A DNA stretch of 64,000 nucleotides. Origin: Rebecca billardiae RCC1528. Its lineage: Eukaryota; Protista; Haptophyta. Positions 1 through 11,477 of this stretch are shown here, piece after piece. The position numbers were made by a program, and so were the translations under genes. Positions within the stretch are counted from its first letter, which is position 1. The number at the start of each line of letters is the position of its first letter. Under the pieces are notes generated by a model, which ran no database searches, was not told the origin of the DNA, and saw nothing but the letters and a program-made list of their open reading frames with translations. The stretch is taken from positions 2,728,001-2,792,000 of the forward strand of contig OZ251224.1 in the NCBI GenBank assembly GCA_965240325.2, in the 5' to 3' direction.

Positions 1-733
1 GCGCGCCGCCGTGCGCGTGGGCGCGCAGCGCCGACGGCGACTTGTGGGGGCTCGCGCGCACGGATGCGCCGATCGACGACTTGCGCTCGGGCTTCGCTGG
101 AGACGCAAGCGGCGCCGGCGCGTGCGCGCGCTCGTCACGCGCCGAGCTGCCCGGCGTGCTCGCCCTGCTCGGGGCCGCGCTCGGTGGCGGCTGCGCGCAG
201 TGGCTTGCCTTTGCCATGATCTCGTCGGCTGCGCCCTTGAGCAGTGGCGCGCATGGCGCTGGAGCGACGTTGGGACGCGTGCTCGGCATGAGGACTGACC
301 CGGCCCGCGGCGGAGCCTCGCCCATCTCGCCGATGGTGGTGACTGGCGGCGCCGCAGGCGCATCGACGGCCGGCGCGGAAGTAGGCGTGCCGGCCGACTG
401 GGCGTCGTTGACCGTGGGCGTGGTGTCCGCCGGCATGGCATCGCAGCTCACGTCGGTCGAAAGGGCGGTCGTCCCTTCGGGCCGAGGCGCGCCGACATCC
501 ACCTCGTCGTCCACGACGTCCGCGCTGCCAGCCTGCGTGGACGCATGCGCCAGGAAGTCCTCTCGGCCGCGCGCGGATCGCAGCTCGAGCAGCTTGTTCA
601 CAATCGCCTCGGACTTGAGGTTGGCTCTGATGGCGTGCCTCTTCGCAAGCCGCTGGAGCTCTTTCCTGCCGAGCATGAGCACGAGCGCCCCTTGGGGCGG
701 CAGCGCTAAGAGGTCGTCGTCGCACGCCGTCAT
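1..733 (-). CDS. Partial (3' end runs off the window) protein with an N-terminal SAP/NuSAP-like helix-extension-helix motif and a low-complexity tail
   Basis: ATG at 733 opens a frame missing from the ORF track: MTACDDDLLALPPQGALVLMLGRKELQRLAKRHAIRANLKSEAIVNKLLEL..., open to the window edge. RKELQRLAKRHAIRANLK resembles the SAP-like N-terminus of NuSAP-type proteins. Confidence 0.55.
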   Translation of the reverse strand, partial: MTACDDDLLALPPQGALVLMLGRKELQRLAKRHAIRANLKSEAIVNKLLELRSARGREDFLAHASTQAGSADVVDDEVDVGAPRPEGTTALSTDVSCDAMPADTTPTVNDAQSAGTPTSAPAVDAPAAPPVTTIGEMGEAPPRAGSVLMPSTRPNVAPAPCAPLLKGAADEIMAKASHCAQPPPSAAPSRASTPGSSARDERAHAPAPLASPAKPERKSSIGASVRASPHKSPSALRAHAHGGA

Positions 734-1135
734 GTGAGCAGCAGAAGCGGGCGTGCCGCGTGCGTGTTGGAGGGTTGGGCGTGATCGCCAAAGAGGCGTT
801 TCGGCGGCGGCTTGCCCGTCCGGACGCCCGTTTTGTTTATTCATTCCGGGTTTCGTTGTCCGGTAACACCGGTCCCGCACTCCCGCTGCAACCTCGGACC
901 AGAGGTACCCGCAGCCCTCCTGTTGCCCTCGCATGCCAGCGCGCGGCCACGCGTCGCGCTCCGATTGGCGCGGCGCATTCCGAGCCGGCAAGGCTGCCGT
1001 TTGCATTACTCTGCTCGTGAGCACTCGGTCTCAGTGTCGGACTCGGTGTTTCGGCTTTCGGCGACTTTCGGCGTGGAGACGGCCATCCGTCTCATCCCGC
1101 CGACATCCGAGTCAGACCGAGAGTGGCGGGAGCCG

Positions 1136-2098
1136 TCACGCTTCTGGCGGAAGCTGCGCTGAGGCCGGTCTGCCCGAGAGGCTCGCGCTCGTAGCAGCGC
1201 CGCTGTCGTCTGCACGGCTCGCGCGCTCGTCGGGGAAGAGCTCCTCCGGCTCGGCGCGCGCACCCGGCGGCGGCGTCTCCCCGTCCAAGCCATCCACCTC
1301 GCCGGTGGCGGTATCGACGTGCCACTGCGTCAGGTAGTGCGAGTACCCGCCCAGGGCGAGCTCGGCGCGCACGCGCTCCATCTCGCTCTCCACGTAGGCG
1401 GCGCGGTCCTTGAACTCCTCCAGCGCACCGCGCGCGTCCGCCTCCTGCTCCACCAGCTCACGGAGCAGCGCCTCGCGCATCTGCTCGTCGACCACGGTGC
1501 GGCGCGACCGCTCCTCGGCCGCGGGCGCGCCATCCGCCTCCATCTGCCTCACGATGAGCGCCGCTCGCTTGCTGGGCGAGGGGCGGCTGGCGTTCGGGTC
1601 GATGGGCTCGGCCACTCGCATCCCCTTCATCTCATTGCGCACCGTCTCCATGCGCTGCGTCGCCACCGCGAACGTGTCCGCCCCGAGGAGATGGGCGACC
1701 GCTTGCTCGCCAGCTGGCAGGTCGGGGCCAAACGGGACGGGCTCAGGCTCGTCGTCGTTGGGGTCCTCCTCGTCGACGATGGCTGAGGGCCAAGGGGCGG
1801 CCTCGAACGCCTCAGCGACCGTGGTTGCCTTCTCGATGACCTGATCCGCCTGTGCCGTCGCCTCCGCGACGAGCTTGGACTTTGGGCGCGCCGGCGGGCC
1901 GCGCGGCGCCCGCGTCGGCCGGCTCGGATGGAACAGCCCCGGCAGCTGCTTGCGGAGCTGGTTCTCCTGCTTCGCCGCCTTGCGCAGGAAGTCGTGCCGC
2001 AGCTGCTCCTCGTCGGCCTGCTGCTTCTCCCCGAGCACCAAGCTCGAGGTCATGGGCAAGCCGCCCCGGCGGGGCGGTTCTCGTCGTGCGTCCGCCAT
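1136..2098 (-). CDS. Hypothetical protein with coiled-coil segments
   Basis: ORF from MADARREPP (ATG 2098) with protein-like E/R/A composition; divergent from the next gene. Confidence 0.65.
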   Translation of the reverse strand: MADARREPPRRGGLPMTSSLVLGEKQQADEEQLRHDFLRKAAKQENQLRKQLPGLFHPSRPTRAPRGPPARPKSKLVAEATAQADQVIEKATTVAEAFEAAPWPSAIVDEEDPNDDEPEPVPFGPDLPAGEQAVAHLLGADTFAVATQRMETVRNEMKGMRVAEPIDPNASRPSPSKRAALIVRQMEADGAPAAEERSRRTVVDEQMREALLRELVEQEADARGALEEFKDRAAYVESEMERVRAELALGGYSHYLTQWHVDTATGEVDGLDGETPPPGARAEPEELFPDERASRADDSGAATSASLSGRPASAQLPPEA

Positions 2099-2229
2099 CT
2101 TGTCAAACTGCCAAGCTTGGCTCAGGTTCGCGAGCGCGCTGGGCCTCCGCCGAACGGTTTCGGCCGAATCCGGAAGCACTGCCGAACGCGCTCACGGCCG
2201 GCGCCAAGCCGTCCGCGGCGCGCCACGTG

Positions 2230-4180
2230 ATGTCGGGCCAGATGCCCACGGCGTCGGAGGTTTTGCATGACGAGGAGATCATGCGCATCCACGAGCTCTG
2301 GCAGCAGACCAAGGCCGAGCTCAAGCTCAAGGCGCGCGAGCTCGCCGAGCTCGAGCACGCGCGAGCGCTCGAAGGCGAGCAGCTGCAGGCCGAGCACGCC
2401 AACGGGATGCGCGAGATGCAGGCAATCTGCGTCGAGCTGCGCGACAAGAACCGTGGGCTGGAGACGCAGCTCCAGGGCGCGCACGACGAGATCCGCCGGC
2501 TCAGCGGCCTCCTCGAGGAGTCCAACCGCAAGGCGCGTGAGGCGCACGGCCGCGTCGAGCAGCAGGCTGCGCTCGCGAGCAGCGGCGAGCAGCAGGTGCG
2601 CGAGCTGCACCAGAGCCTGCGCGCGCTCGAGCGCGACCGGAAGGAGGTGATTGACAGGTCGTACGCCGACGTGCGCCGGCTCGAGGAGCAGCTCGCGCAG
2701 AAGGACCAGACCATCGCGGCGCTCGAGGCGCAGGCGCGCAACGCGACGCAGAGTGTGCGCGCCGCGCGCGACGAGCACGCGGGCGAGGTGGAGCGCGCGC
2801 GGGAGCAGCAGCGCCGGCTCGAGGACGCGGACGCGTCGAACCGCGAGCTCTCGAAGCAGCTCGGCGCCACGCGCGAGCAGCTCAAGTACCTCCAGCTCGC
2901 GCGGCGCAACGAGGCGCAGCTGCACGCGGTCGTGCAGCAGCTGCAGGCAGACAACGCGCGGCTCGTGAAGGTGCTCGCGGCCACCGACGAGTTCCGCGAC
3001 TTCGTCGAGTACGCGGACGACTCGGGCGGGCTGTCGTACGTGACGCCCGCCGCGGGCGGCGCCGGCGCGCTCGCGCGCGCCGAGTCCGTCGTCGCCGACG
3101 ACATGCCCGTGCGCGGCGCGCGGCGCGAGGGTGCACTGTGGGTGCCAAGTGACGCGTTCACGCTGGCCAACGAGTTTCGGCATACACATGCCCCGCACGT
3201 GGGCTCGGACGTGTTCGCCGACCTGCTGCTCAAGCTGAACGCCGTGTGGCGGCAGCGCGAGCAGCGCGCGCTCGCGCGCCTGCGCCAGCGCCACGCCGAC
3301 GAGCGCCAGCGCCTGCTCCGCCGCTCGAAGAACCGCGAGCCGTACACGACCATCGTGCAAGCGGCGGAGGTGGAGCGACTCAAGCGCGAGCTGCGCGTGG
3401 TCCGGCTCGGCGTGGGCTCGGGGCGGCGGCGGCTGAACGAGACGGAGGAGCGGCTGCTCGAGTCGAGCCTCGCAGCCGTCGAGTCGCTCTCGGCGCAGGT
3501 GTGCGCGCCGCGCGAGCGCCAGCCCCACGCGCCCCTCGTGCGGACAGCTGGGCACTCGCGAGCCGCGCTACCTGCGCAGCCAGCGCATGACTGGGGCGTG
3601 CCGTGCGCGCTGCGCACGCGCGCGCGCAGCTGGCTGCGCTCAAGGACAAGGACGCGATGCAGCGGCAGGAGAGCATGGGCCCAGACGCCCCCGGCGCGCC
3701 GTCCGGCGCGTACGCCGACGGCGCCGCCGCCGCCTCGAGCAAGGCTGCCGACATGGTCGACGTGCTCGGCGACAAGATCGGCGCGCTCGTTCACGACTTC
3801 CAGCGGCGCACGACCGAGGTGCGGCGGGACGAGGCGGACGTGTACATCACGCTGCTCAAGCTGCAGGCGTGGTTCTTTGAGAGCCTCGAGCGCCGCGTGC
3901 ACGCGTGCAGGTGCGCGCCGGGAGGCCACCCGGCCATGCTCCGAGCGACGCGTCCGTCCCGCAGCTGCACCTCGACTCACGCGCGCCGTCGCCGCCACCG
4001 CCCCCGCCGCCGCCGCCGCGCAGGGACCGGGTCCGAAGCCTTGCGCACGAGTTGCAGCCTGCGCTGGATGCTGCCGAGGGCATGACGCCCTTCCGAGGAG
4101 GGTACGGCCGCTCTGGGCTGTCCGACGACGAGCACGAAGAGGAGGAGCGACGCCGGCTCTTCGACTACGACGATGAGTAA
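2230..4180 (+). CDS. Long coiled-coil protein (centrosome/cilium-like composition); predicted introns 3499-3629 and 3911-4023
   Basis: MSGQMPTASEVLHDEE followed by heptad-rich sequence. GT..AG introns join the frames LSAQ|LAALKDKD and HAC(R)|DRVRSL; ends LFDYDDE-TAA. Confidence 0.75.
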
Positions 4181-4848
4181 CTAGTTGGCTGGTAACAGCC
4201 GCGCACTGAGCGTGCAGCAGTCGACGAGTACAGCTCTTGTCCTATTATAAACCTGTCAGTCCTTGCTGACGATAGTTGATTAGTGGCGGACGCGATACAG
4301 ACAGCAGGGTCCAGCGATGAGTCGACGATATGATATTATATATCTGCTAGAACTTAGATCTCTGAGACTCAGCAGACTACGGTCTGCTGACAGTGACTGC
4401 TCTGCTGACAGTCTGCTCACTGCTGCCGCTGGTCGTCATCGTATTCGTCGACGGTATTATTCGTAACTCATCGAATCGTCATCAGGCTTCATTCGTCATC
4501 GCCGGCACTCTGACTCATCCGTCATCGGCGGTCATCTTCATAGATCTACGGCACCGGAGTGTCACACGACTTATCAAATTGATGCGCTGATCGGCAGTCG
4601 TGATCTGTGACGAATGTGATGCCGCCTCTAATCACGCCTGCTGCAGCGGCCTGTAGTCACACTCACAGCCCTGGTGCCGCGGGTCATGCGTACCAATCCG
4701 ACCATGCATGGCGCCGCCGCGTGTGTGAACGCCGTGCTCCTCCCGTCTCCGTAGCTCCCCAACGACTCAGGCTGTCGACTGGATATACCCAGAGCCTGCA
4801 TTCGCTTGCGCCGCAAGCATGGGACGTGCCATGCCTACAGTGGCGGCT

Positions 4849-7289
4849 TTAGCTCGGCGGCGACGCTGTCTTGCTGTGATCCGTCGCGACTGCGCGCTGC
4901 TCCTTCCAGTGCGCGAGCGCGGCGTCCAGCTTGGGCGAGAGCAGGGGCCGCAGCGGCGGGAGGTGCATGCAGATGCCCTCGAGCAGAGGCTGCACCAACG
5001 CCTCCATGAAGCCGATCTGCGAGCCGGCGAACTTGGCCTGCCCCACACCTTCCGCTCTGTCGCACATGGGCGAGAGCTGCAAGGTTCGCACGCGCGAGGC
5101 GGGCGCGCGCCGCGGAGTGAGCCGTGCGGTCCGCGCGCGCGCCGCGGTGTGCGTGCGCGCTGCGGCCGGCGCGCGGCGGCGCGCACCGGCAAGCCTCGTT
5201 GTCGCTCCGCGTCGCCCTGCGAGAAGAACTCGTCCCGCAGCCGGCGTGACCACTCGATGTGCGCGGGCAGCGAGCGGAACGGGTGGCTGATGTCGGCTGA
5301 GTGCAGCAGGATCGGCAGGAACCGGTCGATTGGCATGAGCGAGTCCGCTCGCGAGTGGCCGTGCTCCTGCGGCGCGCGCGGCGCGGCGACACGTGCGGCG
5401 CGGCGCGGCGCGGCGCGGCGGAACGTTGAGTCCGGCAACGGCGTGCGCGCGCGTGGGAGCGGCCAGCACGGGCGTGGGTTGCGCGTCTCGCGCTCTTGCG
5501 CGCCCTCGCGCGCCGCGGCGCACGCTGCCGCACGCACCTGCTTCGGCGCCTGCGCGGTCGAGACGAGCTCGGTGACCTGCGCAAAGTGCTCTGCCATGTC
5601 CGTCGCCAGCACCATCTTGACGACCAGCTGCCTCAGCTCGCGGTGCTGCTTGGGCTCGAGGGTGTGGAAGATGTTCAGCTCGGGGCTGAGCATCAGCTTG
5701 AACGCCTCCGAGACGTGGTAGTTCTCCAGCACCGACCGGTCGTTGTACGTCATCGCGAGCGGGTCGTTCGAGTTGATCAGGTACGCATTCGTTACGCCCG
5801 GGTGTCTGAAGTCGTGCACGACCGCGGCAAAGAAGAGTGCAAGGAGGTGCGTCTGCTCGAGCTCCCACCCCTCCTCGACGCCGGACTTGCACACGAGCAC
5901 GTGCGTGGCGTACAGCACGTCCGCCGCGTGCATCTCGTTGTGGAACTGGTTGTCCGCGTGGTACCCCTTGTTCAGCGCGGTGCACAGCGCCATCAGCCGG
6001 TGGCAGCCGATTCCGAACGCCTCGTTGAGGCCATACCGGGTGAAGACGCTCACCGTCACAAACGTGAGCGGGTCGGCGACCTCCTCCCTGAGGGCGAAGA
6101 TGCTCAGGTCCTCGTCGCCCGCCATGATGCGCGCCTTCAGCTCCAGCAGCTTGCTCGTCGTCGCGTGCGTCTCCGCCAGCCTGGAGATCATCATCGACGA
6201 CGCGTCGAGGTCCGAGTCCCCGCGCATCATCCTGCCCGCCGACGCTGCGCCCGAGCCACGCCTGTCCTTGGTGCGCAGCGCGTGCGCCGCGATGGACGAG
6301 CGCCTGGGCGCCTTGAGCCTGCGGTGCACCTCGTCGCCGGCGTGCTCGAAGCGCACGCTCAGCCGGTCGGAGTTCGTGTGCGGCAGCAGGTCGAGCGACG
6401 TCTCGAGGTCCTGCACCTCGATCTCCTCGTCGTCGTCGTCCTCGTCGTCGGCCGCCTCAGCTGAGTAGTTGATGCGGATGTAGTCGCGGACGTCCTTGTC
6501 GGCGAGCTTGTGCCTGATCTCCACGTTCGAGTCCCACGAGGCGTCCGCCGTGGCGAGCACCTGGTGGATCTCCTCCGAGTGCAGCAGCTGGTACACGAAC
6601 TCGAGCTCCTCCGACCAGACGAACGGCGCGCCGGCCGGACTGCCGCGGCCGTCACGATCGAGCTGCAACCCGTCGCGCAACGCGTCGCCGAGCTCGCCCA
6701 CGGCCGCCGCCGACGGGGCGTCCGTGGGCAGCTGCTCCGCGTCGAGGCCCGCGCCGGCCCACCTCCCGCGTAGCGCCGCCAGCGCGACCAGCGCCGCGTC
6801 CTTCCGCTCCGTGAGCCCGTGGCTCTCGTGGTCGTGGTCAGGCTCGCCCTCCAGGCTGACCGCGAGCACCGGAGCGGCCGTCGGCGCAGCCTCCGGGACC
6901 ACCGGCTGCTCCTCCGTGGGGGGTGTCTTGGTGGACCCGGCGGGCGCCGGGCTGAAGGGGCGCAGGCGCTCGACAATGTCCCTCACCGAAGTCCGCGGCG
7001 TCGGTCCGGATCCGCCATCTTGCCCGAAGCTGCTGCTGTCGCGTAGCCGGGAGAAGGAGGGCGGCGCGCTGTACCGCTTGTTCGAGCCGCCAGACGTGGA
7101 CGCGTCGAACTCGCGCACGGCGTCGTAGAACACGGGCGGGTCGCTGCCGCTGCCCGTGGACTGCTCGTCGGCCCCTCGCTCCGAGCTCGCGTCCTTGGAG
7201 GCCTGCGCCGCAAGCATCGCAGCCAGACCGCTGGCCTCGGGCCTTGCTGAGCTGCCCTCGCCGCCACCATTCTCGCCCTCTGTGGCCAT
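4849..7289 (-). CDS. Class I 3',5'-cyclic nucleotide phosphodiesterase; predicted introns 5367-5537 and 5077-5186
   Basis: FHNEMHAADV, HDFRHPGVTN (HDxxHxGxxN signature), YNDRSVLENYH, LATDM, HSADISHP, EFFSQGD.E...GLP|LSPMCDR and SQIGF motifs. Confidence 0.95.
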
Positions 7290-7667
7290 CGCCGAGGGCG
7301 GCTCAGCGACACCTCGTGCGCAAGCGGTCCCCGTGGCACAAGGCGAACACCCCACCGCCCCGAGTCGGGCGTGCTGTCGGCTCCCCGGGCCGCCGCAGCG
7401 TTGAGCCCAGGGAGATCCTGCCCGACGCGCAGCCTTCCTTTCTACTGGCGATAAACCAGCAGCGAGCACGAGCGGCTCCGGCCGGGGCGGGGGCGCCGGC
7501 CTTTTGTTGGTCCGGCGCTGTTCCCGGGTGGGTCCCGACTCCCGAGTCCCGACGCTCGATGAATACCCGCATAATATATGAATGTATTCATCGTCCTGGT
7601 CTCGTCAACAGACAACTTGATGAAACGGACAAAGGTCAGGACGACGTGAACCGAGTCTACAGTCAGC

Positions 7668-8630
7668 ATGGCGGCGCCCGGCGTGGCAAGCATCGTTGAA
7701 GGCGCTCGCAAGAAGTGGCGCGAGCAGCGCGACAGCCGCCTGTGCTGTGTGCGGTGCATGGTCGAGCTCGGCCACCAGGTCGAGCGCGCATGGGATGACG
7801 AGTGCATGCGCCTTGCCCTCCTCGAGGTCTTCCGGGAATGCCTGCTCGACCTTGGCTCCAGCCGGCACGAGGAAGTGCGGTGGATGGGCGTGCTCGGGCG
7901 CAAGATGAAGTCGCTCGACTTCTCGCTCACCCATTTCCTCAACATCCTGCTCCCGTTCGAGCGCGAGCACACTCGCGGCCTGCAGGACTACGAGTTCCTC
8001 GCCACGCGCATCACCGCAGCTGACGGCAGCAGTGGTGCGGCTCAGGAACGGCCGCGACTTGGGGCCCTGCACATTGTTGTTGACAACATGCGTTCCGCGT
8101 TCAACGTCGGTTCGATATTTCGCACGGCGGAGTGCCTCGGTGCGGTCAAAGTCCATCTCTGCGGCTACACGGCTACCCCCAACGACGCGCACGTGCTCAA
8201 GACGACCATGGGCACGCATGCGCACGTGCAGTGGGCGTGGGCGCAGAGCGCGCTCGAGACTGTCGCCGCGCTGCAGTCGGAGGGGGTGCCCACCGTCGCA
8301 CTCGAGACCGTCGTTGATGCGACGCGCACGTACGACTTCTCCTTTCCGAAGCCGTGCGCACTCCTTGTCGGCAACGAGAAGCATGGGCTCGGACCGGACC
8401 TCATTGCGCTCTGCACAGGCGTTGTCGCGATCCCCTGCGTCGGGATGAAGAACTCGCTCAACGCCGGCGTGGCCGTCGGCATGTGTGCGCACGAGGTTAT
8501 GCGTCAGTGGAGCCTGTCGCGGCTTTCCCACGCGCCCCAGTCTCGCGAGGGCGCCCGGACAAAGGAGCACGAGTCGGTGTCGGAGCGCCGCGCCCGGTAT
8601 GCTCTGCACAACATCGATGAAGGCACGTGA
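7668..8630 (+). CDS. SpoU/TrmH-family RNA 2'-O-methyltransferase with an N-terminal extension
   Basis: VDNMRSAFNVGSIFRTAE, LVGNEKHGL and IPCVGMKNSLNAGVAVG SPOUT motifs; no intron needed. Confidence 0.9.
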   Translation: MAAPGVASIVEGARKKWREQRDSRLCCVRCMVELGHQVERAWDDECMRLALLEVFRECLLDLGSSRHEEVRWMGVLGRKMKSLDFSLTHFLNILLPFEREHTRGLQDYEFLATRITAADGSSGAAQERPRLGALHIVVDNMRSAFNVGSIFRTAECLGAVKVHLCGYTATPNDAHVLKTTMGTHAHVQWAWAQSALETVAALQSEGVPTVALETVVDATRTYDFSFPKPCALLVGNEKHGLGPDLIALCTGVVAIPCVGMKNSLNAGVAVGMCAHEVMRQWSLSRLSHAPQSREGARTKEHESVSERRARYALHNIDEGT

Positions 8631-9676
8631 CCGATCGCTCGGTGCTGCCGGGCTGATGAATGACAGGACGATCTCGACTCCAGCCTTGACTCCGCCCAAC
8701 GGTCTCCACCGCCCGACTATGTGCTTATTTGAATAATATAAGTCATCTCAGAGAATGCCGCAGACCGCGGAGACTAGCTATATACATCATCATGGCCGCC
8801 CGCGGTGCTACGGAGCTCTAATCAGCAGTAACGGTTCAGCGCGGCCCGCGGCCGGAGCGCGGTACGGCCGTAGCGTGGAGCCCCGCCGGGGGCCCTCACT
8901 ACGACGTTGTCAAAAGATCTTTTGATCAATTAATAAAGAAACATAATATATATATATGTATGACCGACTCGGAACAGCCCCGGGTCCGCGGAGGCGGCGG
9001 ATGTCACTGAGTACTCGGTCACCGACTCGGAAGATACGTGCGGCGGCCCCGGGCGCTGGCGGGCGCAGACAGAGAGAGAGAGGCCGAGCCGCCGCCCGGC
9101 GCTGGCGTCGTTCGTGACCGCCGGCGGATTCATCAGACAGTCTGCATGCACTCCGACGACGATGGCTTTTATTGAGCAGTCTACAACCGACGGTACTTCG
9201 TCAGACCCTCTCGAGGCTCGACCGTGAATCCTGATCGATGTTATTCAGGTGTCTGACCGGCGCGCGGCCGCGGGGCGTGCGCGCCGCGGCGGCACGGCCG
9301 ACCACGGGCATCATGCACGACCACTGCGGCGCAGCCTGGTGGCCCGCACAGGGCAGACCGTGCGGCAGGCTCACAGTCTCACACCCAGCCCCTGGCCTGA
9401 GGCCCGACCGTGCCGGCCGCCGCGGCCGGCACGGTCGGGCCTCAGGCGGAGGGGCGTCATCACCGGCACTCCGCACGGGGCCGTCTACACTAACGAGTAA
9501 GTACAGCGGTTAGTGAGGTTGACGCCCCCTCCTGGACCGGATTGAAGTCGTGGTTGTTCAGTCGCTAGAGTCGGCCGCGCCGCGGACTGAGACAGGCAGC
9601 TAGCTCGCATCCCGTGCTGGTAGCAGAGCCCTTGCACGGTGCGGCTGTAAGCACGTGTCAAAAGGCGCCGGCTTTA

Positions 9677-10087
9677 TTAGCGCCAGTGAAGAACAGGCGG
9701 CAGTAGCTCCAGCTCGTCACGGGCAAAATATCCGATCCAGTCCTCGCCATCTACGGCGTCGCCGTCGAAAGCAACTTCGATCTCGGCATCTGTCGCTAGT
9801 TCAGCGCAGCAGCACGCTGGATCCTCCTCGCAGATGGACCAAGCGCTGGTCACGATGCCAACCATGCCCCGCGAGCTGCCACCCGCTAGCTTCGCGTGCG
9901 TGACGTGCTTCACCACTCGCACTCGGTCGCCCACGTCAATCTCAGCGACGGATACGATCGCTTGCGAACGCGACGTGACGGTTGTTGAGCGGTGGATGAC
10001 ACCAGGCGGCCGATTGGCGCCATGCCATCCTGAGATACAAGGGAGCAGCGTGAGCAACCCAAGCTTGATCGCTCGACGCGCCGCCAT
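9677..10087 (-). CDS. Probable plastid-targeted protein resembling the ferredoxin-thioredoxin reductase variable chain (SH3-like barrel)
   Basis: Hydrophobic signal (IKLGLLTLLPCISG) and S/T/R-rich transit-like segment, then VGDRVRV...GMVGIV...V.F...FARDELELL. Confidence 0.55.
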   Translation of the reverse strand: MAARRAIKLGLLTLLPCISGWHGANRPPGVIHRSTTVTSRSQAIVSVAEIDVGDRVRVVKHVTHAKLAGGSSRGMVGIVTSAWSICEEDPACCCAELATDAEIEVAFDGDAVDGEDWIGYFARDELELLPPVLHWR

Positions 10088-10246
10088 CGTGCGACCGCGT
10101 CGACTTTTGCTGCAGTTCGGGAGATTCGTCATTCCTCGATCTCAGATCTGATCGCAACTTCGTCGGCGTTCCGTCGCGGCGCGGCGAGCTCGATTTGGCT
10201 CGAGCGACGCCGTCCGCGGCCCGCAACTCTCCGCTCGCCGGTTGCG

Positions 10247-10735
10247 ATGCCGATCAGCGACTTGTGGACCGCTCGTGGGGACACGCACGAGTACGAGGGG
10301 ATGCCCCGATACCCTGGCTTGACGCTCGCCACACACGTCGTCGTCAAGACAACCCAAGTCGGCGTTCTCTTGGGCGCGCTCACGGGTATTGGTGGAAGCT
10401 TCTTCGGCTACCAGCTGCACGTTGGGTCGTGTGCTGCTCGGGGTGGCATCATTGGCGCGCCACTTGGTGCTCTCGTGCTTCTTAAGCGCGCACAGACATT
10501 GGACGAGGACGGCGTCATCGATCGCGGCTATCGCCTGAGCCACAACGAGGGGCAGCGCACTGTCGATGCGCTCACCGTTGCTGGCGCGGCGATCGGGCTC
10601 CTCGCCAGCCGTGGTGGACCCGCCGGGTTGGGGGGCGCCGCGCTTGGCGCCACGGCTGGGATGGCTTCCTACCCCATCGTCAAGAAAGCAGGCATCAAGA
10701 GTCCCATGATTCGTACTGGTAAGGCCCAGCAGTAG
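10247..10735 (+). CDS. DUF1757-like small membrane protein
   Basis: Gly-rich hydrophobic helices plus DRGYRLSHNEGQRTVD, similar to the DR.YRL..N..Q...D motif of DUF1757. Confidence 0.65.
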   Translation: MPISDLWTARGDTHEYEGMPRYPGLTLATHVVVKTTQVGVLLGALTGIGGSFFGYQLHVGSCAARGGIIGAPLGALVLLKRAQTLDEDGVIDRGYRLSHNEGQRTVDALTVAGAAIGLLASRGGPAGLGGAALGATAGMASYPIVKKAGIKSPMIRTGKAQQ

Positions 10736-11477
10736 ACGCTGATCTTGACGGCGTCCTCCTGACTCTGCGCACACGATGCGGTCGGCCATCATTATCCGTG
10801 GGCAGCCGGCCGGGGGGGTGAGGGCCCCGGCGGGCCCGGCCAGCCGGCGTCGGATTCGGAGACGGTCTGGTGGACGACGGGACGACGCGCGTGCGGCTGT
10901 CAACATCGCATCGACGCGCGTTTGCCGTTTTACGACGTTTGCGGTTTGGCCGTTGGCTGACGGCCGGTGACGCGACTTACTGCTCCGACCTTGCGGCTCG
11001 CCGCCCGCCGTGCTAAGTCAGCCTGAGCCCTGACCGCTGACGACGGTCGACGGACGGGTGACGGGGTGAGCTGCCGTACTACTACTTACTGCTACTAATA
11101 AGGCAGAGTTTATCGTCGATATATACGATATATATATAGGCTGCTAATATTCTCGGCGCGTATTATCACTACTATCAGTTCTGAACCCGGTAGTACGCGC
11201 CCGGCTGTGCTGCGGACCAGCAGAGTTAGCAGCACTTAATAAGCTACTGCATCGACGATTCATCATAGAATACACTATACAGATTACATCAGTACATAGT
11301 TATTCTCGGACAGCGCAGGCTCGGCCGGCTCGGCCTCGGCGGACCCGTCACCCGGGTACTCTCGTCCTCGACCGGTAGCTAGCGCCGGTAGGCAGCCGTG
11401 CCCGTTCGCATCTGCTGACGAGTGCCAGTCAGACGACGCGCAGTCGTTGCCAGTGATGGCGATCAGCAGTGACGGTG

